A stretch of 64,000 bases of DNA from NCBI GenBank assembly GCA_039096225.1, contig JBBPEB010000024.1:124001-188000 (forward strand), read 5' to 3'. The notes below the pieces were generated by a model that was not told the DNA's origin, did no database searches, and saw only the letters and a list, made by a program, of their open reading frames with translations. Made by a program: the position numbers and the translations under genes. The first letter of the stretch is position 1; each line of letters begins with the position of its first letter. Below, piece by piece: positions 53,950 to 64,000 of this stretch. This stretch comes from Blastocystis sp. Blastoise (lineage: Eukaryota > Protista > Bigyra: Opalinata).

Positions 53950-54337
53950 CTATCGATATAACCATTATAATATATATCTCTTGTTCTATATGAGTAAAGC
54001 TGCTTAAATGTATTGAAAACATTGAATATAGTAGATGCTTGTCTTTTATTATTATGAACATCATCAAGCATCTTTCTAAATAATACTATTGCATGAAAAC
54101 ATTGGGTATTCCTTGAATTGATAGATACCACAATTACATGTTTATTTCTATAATTTACTATATATTCATCATCGAGCATAACTCTTCCTTGCATATTATT
54201 ATCATCATAATGATAATGATTTACTTCTGATATAGCTTTTCCTCCAAAGTCATAATTTTCTTGAAAATAATTCAGAAACGTTTTATCGCTGTTTTGTTTA
54301 ATAATAATAGATAATTGATAAGAATGGCTATAATATA
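53950..54337 (-). pseudogene. MULE transposase C-terminal (SWIM) region, cut by Tc1 and Helitron insertions
   Basis: YYSHSYQLSII...FLNYFQENYD...EYIVNY...CFHAIVLF...IYYNGYIDR|gt aligns with YNHAINYQLKI...FLPYFQKEFD...EYIINF...CIHAILLY...TYYNYYVDR|gt of the 9814-13168 gene. Confidence 0.8.
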
Positions 54338-55902
<1,565 letters not shown>

Positions 55903-56108
55903 GAATAATAAGAATACATAATAAGAATGAATATATCATTACTATTATAAACCAAATTATATATAATGAATATATCTATATAACAAATAATAAGAATGAA
56001 TATATATAGAATGAATAATAGGAATGAATATATAATAATGAATAGTAAGAATGAATATATAATAATAATGAATAGTAAGAATGTTTATATATATAGAAAT
56101 GATATTAA

Positions 56109-58370
56109 TCATTACTATTATAAAGCAAATAGGCAAAAAAAATCCCATTGGTCAGTTTTTGGAAAATTCATTTGATTGGCTACTATATACTCAAGTTTGT
56201 GTACACAACTCCTCTAAACTTACGGGGAGTTAACTTTTGGTTGAAACACAGTTCAATACGATATAACGTGTAGTTTTGCAACATATATTTGGTTAAGCGA
56301 TATTATTTATAATTAAAAAGTTATTAATAAAAGAACAGAAAACATGATTTTTGAGTCGTTTTTGATTGACTCTTTGGGATCATAAAGATAAAAATTGTTG
56401 ACCAGACAATTGAAAAATAAACATGGGGTAAACTTGATTTTTTATCAATCCCACAATATACGTTATCCATGTTTATTCTTTATATTTATCTATTTTTTAA
56501 TACTTTTTCATATTGAACACGTGAGGCCTTAACGGTCAAATTTAGATTCTCAATTTGACATGATATTCTGATTCAGGAGGTCCAAAAACCTAGGTGTACC
56601 AATTTTGAGCTCCTGAGGACGATTTTTGAGTGATCGATATTTTCTTTGATCTTCTTATAATTGACTAATATTGTAGTATTGTAATCAATAGGTCATAAAA
56701 CTACTATAGTAGAAACAAAGTTTTTAAATAACGAGTTTAAAAGTGACAATTTTGAAAAGTGTGAATTAAGTGGTCTTAGAGTGAGAGATTCAATATAATG
56801 AGTTTTATTTAATAAACTAGACTTATAACTCTATACTATATTAAAAGGAGAGTCAAAATTATGAAAGTCAAAGTGTATGACCAAATGACAAAATGTGTCT
56901 TAAATAGTAAAATGGTTTATATATGTGTTTAGAATCATGTATTAAGTATATTCTATGAATAAGAGCTTTAAATAAATAGTTTAAGGTTGTCAAATTTAAA
57001 AGAATGTGTAAAACATAGTCTTAAACTATGAATAAAAAATTTAGAGATATTAATTAGTGTACAGTTGTAGTAGCTCTACAACATATCAAAAGTACAGTTA
57101 AAATAATTTTTAGAGAGTGGATGTGTGAAGGGTTGTGACTATTATTTAAAATTTATTTTTACTTCAGTTTGTTTAAAATCGTGAATTTCGTGCACTGTAG
57201 AAAAATTGAGTCAAAAGGTCAACTCTAAGGGTCTTAAATTTAAAAAAATGTAAAAATGAGTGACTTAGAGGACGAGATTCAAAATTCTCTCTCACTTTCA
57301 TATAACTAGAGCACACAGTCTATATTATGTCAAAAGAAGGGACGAAAATATTTTGGTCAAAATAAATGAGCAAATGCAAAAGGTTTATAAAATGTCTTAA
57401 AGTGATGACTAATGTGTAGCTATGGTCATATTAAGTAAAGTGTGTAAATATTAGCATTTAAAAATGAGTTTAAGTGTCTTAACTTTTCATAATGTGTCAA
57501 AAAGAGTCTTTAAGAAAGAGATTCAAAACATTTACTTTTATTTAATAAATAGTGTGATTAACTCTATACTATATCAAAAGACTAAAGAAAATTATTTTGA
57601 TACAGTGGATCTTGAATGGGTAAAGTCTCTTTAAAAGTTACTTTTTCGAGTCATTTATGATTAAAATAAGTATTTGAGACAACTGAAGAAATATTAACTT
57701 TTTAAACCATGTTTTATTAGTCAAAGTTAGAATGAATGCTGACTTTGTTATGATTAAAGCTTTCTAATTCTTTTAAAAAGTATGAAAATGAGTTTAAATC
57801 ATTATATTACGTTTATTTAAATAAATTTTATGACTTAAAAATACTTGAGAGTACTTCACATTGTGACTCATTTCTGAAGTTGTTGACTTTAAAAACTCAC
57901 AAAATGTTTAAAACAGTTGTTTAATTATTTATAAATACAAAATATATTTTTAAAATAATAAATAATATATAATAATACAAATTTCGTTTTTAGTATCTAA
58001 GAAATTCTTTTAGTTTTTTACATATTATAAAAAAAAATCTAAAATAATCTTATATCAGGAATTGAACCTGATTACAATCATTTACTGATTGTAACTCTCC
58101 ATATAGAGTATAAGAAATGTAATAAATAATAGATAATAAATAATAATATACAGTAAATTAAAAATAATAGATAATAGATAATAAATAATAATAGATAATA
58201 GATAATAAATAATAATAGATAATAGATAATAGATACCAAAATATAATAAATGATAAATAATAAATAGCAATAGATAATAAATGATAAAAGATACAAAAAG
58301 CCAAATATATATGATTTTATGCAGCCGCGGTCCGGGGCCGTTAGGCACTGGACCTGCGGCGTGACCCTAG
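56109..58370 (+). mobile_element. Non-autonomous Helitron, copy 3, with exact ends
   Basis: A|TCATTACTATT ... hairpin ... GTGACCCTAG|T. Joining the flanks gives GAAATGATATTAA^TAAATAGAAAGA, which recurs uninterrupted at ~58410-58435 and confirms an A^T insertion without TSD. Confidence 0.92.
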
Positions 58371-58573
58371 TAAATAGAAAGAAAAGAAGAATATATATAT
58401 ATATATATAGAAATGATATTAATAAATAGAAAGAAGAAAAGAATATATATATATAGAAATGATATAGAAAGAAATTATATGAAGCTCTACATGTGTAAAA
58501 CATAATATATTACTAATAGATAAAAAAAATGATTTTGAAGATTATATTATATATTGAAGGCATATATATATAC

Positions 58574-59060
58574 CTTTCGGTATTGAATTAATATCAATTT
58601 TGTTTTCTTTATTTAGAGGAATATAAATACTGTTGTTTCTATTACATATCTAATATATATATAGAAAAGAGAAAATTATATACTTGGCTTTTGTGCTTTC
58701 TGTATTTCTTCAAAACATATCCTTTTACATTATTTCCTAGATAATGAAGTAGGAAATTGCAATCGTTTATGGGACAAATGATGTCTATTTCTTTCTTATT
58801 TGATTTTTTGACTTCATAGGAGAATCTAGAATCATGAAGTTTTCTATTTATGTCTTTAATTAATTCTTGTTTGGTTTTATAAAATGTTTGTATTGAATAA
58901 ATATGATTTTTTCAAATTGTAAAATGCCTTCACGACTTGAGAATTCATCGTATTTAGCAGAAATAATAGTGTCAACAGACTCATCGTTAGAATTATCAAT
59001 CTAATCAATATCAAGAGAAATATAATAATTATATAAATATATTTGATCTTGGTTATCCAT
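58574..59060 (-). pseudogene. MULE transposase 5' exons (Zn-finger DNA-binding domain); probably the same element as 53950-54337, with the DDE core deleted
   Basis: FYKTKQELIKDINRKL...EVKKSNKKEIDIICPINDCNFLLHYLGNNVKGYVLKKYRKH|ICNRNNSIYIPLNKENKID aligns with exons 2-3 of the 9814-13168 gene. Confidence 0.8.
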
Positions 59061-59849
59061 GAAATTATTGGTTTTATAAACAATCACAACATAATAAAGT
59101 CAAAATTAATATTATTTTTTTTAATTAAAAAGGTTGTTTTTTATACAATTTTAAAGAGAACAGTTAAGTTTTAAAAGTTTATTCTTTTAATTTAATAAAA
59201 AAGCAATTAATAATGAAGTATTTTTTAATTTTAAAATGTTTTGCCTATATTGTATGAATTGATTTCATATAAAACAATCTGTAACACGATTTAGTTTATA
59301 AGAATAACAAATAATAGCTCATTTTTCTATTAAATAACATAAAATATAATAATTTAAACACTAAATATCGAAAAATTATAGTTTTAGCAAGTCGATATTT
59401 TATACTAAAGTTTTTGTCTTTTCTATAATTGAATATTTCCCATACTAAACATACTTAACTATTCATAAACTAGTTACATGTGTGATACATTTTGGATATA
59501 TGAATAAATGATGATATACGATTGTTTAATTTGTATAAAACATGACTAACGTTATTTAATTACATAATTAATTATATAATAGCCAGTTTGATCAAAACAC
59601 ATTACAAAACAAGCATATAATATTTATTTTGTAGTTATTTGCAATAAAAATTATTATTTTGTTCTTTTTTAAATATATTGCCAATCAAATACCTGTTCAT
59701 TATATAATCCAATAGAATTGCTACTTAATTTCATTTATACTATTGTATTCTAAAAGTCAAGGTTAAATACCCATTTTTAGAAAAAATCAGATGAATTTAG
59801 TCAAAAAAAATTTTTATCAGTTTAACAAGAAAAAACGACATTTTTGAAA

Positions 59850-61282
59850 ATGTGGATATAAAAATAGATATGTATGTCAGATGAATTCTCTTTTAAGACA
59901 TTTTTATCAGAACCTCTTATTATATATACGTATAAGTAATTATCCTAAAATATATTATGTAGATGCATTTGCTATTAACTCTACCACACTTTATAAAAAT
60001 AAAGAAGAAAAAAAAAGGTAAAATTGATATTGATATGTCCTTAGAAGATAAAGATGATGATGGTATATGATATATAATGCTATATTATAAATTATTTTAG
60101 AAAATGATTTCACGGAAAGACTCTATTCTCGAGCACATGTATTTTTTTTCTATAATTATATACGATATATATGAAATATTAAACATTACTACTCCAGCAC
60201 CTAGTCATACTCATGATGCATACTTAAACGATTTCATTATTGACATATGTTCATATTCATTCTGGAAAGACTATAAAATACGTGCTAAAGTTGATGTAAG
60301 AAAGCCAATAGTTTATATTGTGAATTTTTTTGATAGAGTACAAATTGATAAAAAAAAGCTTATTCATTAAAAGCAGTAAGTGTTTTAATTATCTGTACTA
60401 TTTAAATTATATGAATATATATAGTATAAGTCATTATTACAACGAATTGCTCATAATAAAACGGATATTATTTTGATTCTATATGTTCAGTATCTAATAA
60501 ATATATATATATTTATTTATATGATACGATTATATATATAGATATTCACATTGGTCACTTTATTTATTATATATTAATACTACTATTTATAACATAAATA
60601 AATTACGTATGATAATTCTTATTCACTCATGATTTTTTTGGATGTAAATCTAATACAATTTATATAGGTTACAATAAAGAGAATTCAACTGATTTGATTC
60701 CTGTATATTTATATATATATCATTAATTGATGAATATTGAATATATATAGATTTTTATCGAGAGTTATGATTCATTAGACTCATTTGGAATTAAACAGAA
60801 CTCATCAATATATCTGTATGTTAATTTTGTAGTATTTTTATTTATTTTCATGTATAGTTTTATTTGTGACCTATTAGAGATGTATTATTGTTGTCCAAAA
60901 TTAATTGATGTTTCTTCCGTGGAAAAAACACCAAAAATCTCTGATCTTTTATCTCCATACATTCACATCATGGTATTTTCGATGATTTATTAATTAGTTT
61001 TATTGATTTAGAACTCTCCACAACAAACAAATTCATATGATTGCGGCTACTTCTTATTATGTAACATTAAGTACATACTTAATAATATATCTATATGGAT
61101 GCTAAAACATTCTTTTTCGTACTCATTTGATAAAACTATGTGTAGAACCGAATTAATAGGTATTATAACTTACATGTCAACCTCAAAAGAATATGATGCT
61201 GTTAAAAGCTGTATATATTATTTATGTCATATACTTGTAATATCATCTATATATCTTTCTATATTACTTTCTGTATAACTTT

Positions 61283-61342
<60 letters not shown>

Positions 61343-61450
61343 TTTTAATACGGCTAGTACTACTATTAATATTAATAATGGAAATAATTATACCAATGAT
61401 ACTATTATAATCCCAAATGTTATACAAAAAAAATTCAACTTGAAAGAATA
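59850..61450 (+). pseudogene. Ulp1/SENP-like cysteine protease (peptidase C48), multi-exon, probably decayed
   Basis: Motifs in the expected order: YLNDFIID (~60220), SHWSLY (~60546), SYDSL (~60765), PQQTNSYDCGYFL (61015-61055). In-frame stops in two exons. Confidence 0.75.
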
Positions 61451-62789
61451 GACAAGTATATATATATGATTGTTTCTTGATTCTAATATATTTATTATTT
61501 ACTTTTATTATATTTCTTTTTTTTTATTATAAAAATTTTTTATTCAGGTATACATACTTCTATTATATAAAACTGATTACTATATGTATTATCTTAATAA
61601 ATATATATATATAGTGATAATTATTCAAAAAGTATGAAAGAGTCTCTTTTTTATTAAATATGAATAGGCATAGACTATATAAGAAAATACGCAAGTCAAA
61701 TGTAAAAATAAACAAGAAGTGTTCTATGAAATTCCTTGTGGATCCAAATGGAAAAAGGACAAAGAAACCTTCACGTTTCAGAATAAGAAAGATTCACAGA
61801 ACCTCTCGTCTGATTAGTTCGAAAATGTATTATTGACAAGGTTAGTATCATTTAGATCTGACGACTTCATAGAATTATTCAATAAAAGTGTGTTAAGAGT
61901 AAGAATGTAAATGGATGAGTCATTAAAGTGTTGTTGATTTTGATAATATTATGCATGGTATGTTGAGTGAACGTTGTTTAGTGAAAGAATTTATAAAAAT
62001 ATCGTGTTGTTCGTTTTGTTGTTCAGCATTGTGTCTGGGTTAGTTAAAAAATGTTTATATTTGAAATCACAATAGTCTTCTATTGCATTAAAACTGCTTA
62101 AAATATTCTGAATAAAGAAACAAAATTACATTATAACATTTACTTTTTTAAAAGATAGTAATAAATTTAGTAGAACTATAATAATTGTCAGTCACATTGA
62201 TAAAACGTTGTATCGACACTAACGGTTATACTCATATAGATAAATATTGAAAAAAAAGTAAAAACTCAACATTGTGTGAATTATTAGAAATTTCATTAAT
62301 ATAAAATATATTTTTATGACATATGTTTGTATTGAAATGACATATAATACATTAAATCAATTTAATATAAATATATAATAAAATTACAACGATATATTAA
62401 AAAAAACTCTTTAAATAAAGTCGTCCCCGAATTCTTTTAGAACTTTAATAAACCGTCCACTCATTATTTTTTTTCGTCCCTTGAAGTTCAAATATTAAGC
62501 AAATTTCATCAAAAATTTGCGGACGACTGTGTTTCCAGAAAAATATGGAAACTTTAAAATGAAACGAGACTACTTAGTCTCTCATTGGATTTATAAAATA
62601 AAAAAATATGTTGAAAAAATGTTAAATCACAAATTTTTGGAATAACTGTGACATTACTAAAACAAAAGCAGGTCTCAGGGTAGGGACTGATTCATGTAAC
62701 TAGTATTAAAAAAGCATTTTAAACAAAAAATAAAACAATATTTAAAAAAAAACAATATTCATGAAAATATTATGATGTTGAACTTTAAA

Positions 62790-62976
62790 AACGTAAATTC
62801 TCCTGGGAATACAAGCTTTTTCAAAAAGTGTCACTTTGGTTCAGGTACTTTAATTATGAAAAAAAATAAAATAGTTTTAGAAAAAAACGAAAAATTATGA
62901 AAAAATTCCAAAATTTCTGAAAAAATTACTAAAAGTTTTGAAATTTTTGTGAAAAATTATGGAAAACACAGTAGTG
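62790..62976 (-). mobile_element. Probable CACTA terminus
   Basis: The plus strand ends ...GGAAAACACAGTAGTG at 62976 (minus strand CACTACTGTGTTTTCC), exactly where the adjacent MULE coding sequence is cut. The subterminal motif AAAAAGTGTCAC...TCAGGTACTTTA also occurs at ~45275-45320, near the CACTA-like transposase locus. Confidence 0.55.
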
Positions 62977-64000
62977 ATTGCGACTACAGCTAGAAGTATC
63001 TGTTTTGATCACGTTATATGCGTACCATCTAGAAATATAATTGACTAATCTATCTTCTTATATAGTTCTATGTTGGATTTAAGACTCACAAAATAGTATA
63101 AGAATGATGAACTTTCTGGTTCCTTAGTAATTTCTTCGTTAGAAGTTGTTTGATTATTTTCCATGGATATACTAGAGCCCAATAAGTCCTCATCAAATTT
63201 ATCGTTAGTATCAAATGATATATTATTAGATCTATGTATATCATTATTATGTGTATCAACTATTCCATGTGGAGATTCTATTTCCTTACTAAAACTATCA
63301 AAATCAATACTATTAAATGCTTCTTCTGATTTATAAGAAATGGATGAAGGTAGAACTCCATAAGAAACATGATTTCCTTTCTTCTTTAATACTTCTAGTA
63401 TACCAAGTATAAGATTGTACTTGTTATCACTTTTGGTACCAATAGATTTTAAAGCAGAACGGCAGACACTATTGGTTATATTCATACCTTGTGTATTCAG
63501 ATATCTTTCTAATTGAACAGAAGATTTAAAATAATTAGCCAAATTCTTCTCTCTTAAGTATTCAACAACGGATGTAGATGACATTTGGCTTTTAATAAAA
63601 CGTAGATTCTTCTAATGAAAAACTATATTAATACTTAGTTTTGTACATATTTCATTAAAATGTTCTAAAGTGATTCCATTCGGAAGTTCGTCATTTGAAA
63701 ATATCCTTACAGACGGTTCATTATCGCCACTTGTAGCTATTCCAATAGATTCGTCTATTTTCAGCATTTCCTCAATAGTTATTAATTGCTGATTATCAGT
63801 ACTAGACGGATTAATATGCTTTAAAATAATATCATCTAGAACAGCTATATAAAGAAGTTATAGAAATAATATATACATAATAAATTATAATATATGGTAA
63901 AACGAATTAAAAAAATGAATAATAAGACACTATGAATATATATACCTTTTGGAATAGATTTAATATCTATTTTGTTTAGATATATATATTATTATTCTTA
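62977..64000 (-). pseudogene. MULE transposase pseudogene (close paralogue of 9814-13168), truncated at 62977 and running off the right edge
   Basis: SSTSVVEYLREKNLANYFKSSVQLERYL matches SSNDVVSYLKENNLAKYFKSISQLKQFL. FLYYFVSLKSNIELYKKID*SIIFLDGTHIT*SKQILLAVVAI matches FLYSFVSIKSNIALYKKGNKAVIFMDGTHMYMNDHIILTAISI. Confidence 0.88.

Noticed and set aside
62522-62536. GACGACTGTGTTTCC as the left TIR of a 455-bp CACTA MITE
   Set aside because: It lacks the CACTA start, similarity stops after ~12 nt, there is no 3-bp TSD, and the interrupted MULE does not resume on that side.

Overview
Very AT-rich eukaryotic genomic DNA with short GT-AG introns, many (TA)n/(TAT)n microsatellites and the standard genetic code. 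I cannot name the organism from sequence alone. The window is a dense nest of DNA transposons. It holds one apparently intact multi-exon Mutator (MULE) transposase and five decayed MULE fragments from four loci, plus a full-length 12.46-kb Helitron (17304-29763, minus) whose ends can be fixed exactly because removing it restores a host intron acceptor and reading frame. It also holds three copies of a ~2.2-kb non-autonomous Helitron, four hAT MITEs (three with 8-bp TSDs), a Tc1 (DD34E) element, a foldback-like MULE derivative and three CACTA/CMC-like transposase loci, each head-to-head with a homologous unknown partner gene. Other content is a Ulp1-type protease gene, a truncated Piwi-clade Argonaute pseudogene and a 6.3-kb pyrimidine-skewed simple-sequence tract. 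The most unusual item is a 20-exon gene inside the Helitron that the ORF track does not show. All its internal exons are symmetric (phase 1-1), and they include an array of ten 30-nt micro-exons that splice into one open ~324-aa frame. All gene models and homology calls were made by eye and need confirming by RNA-seq and profile searches.
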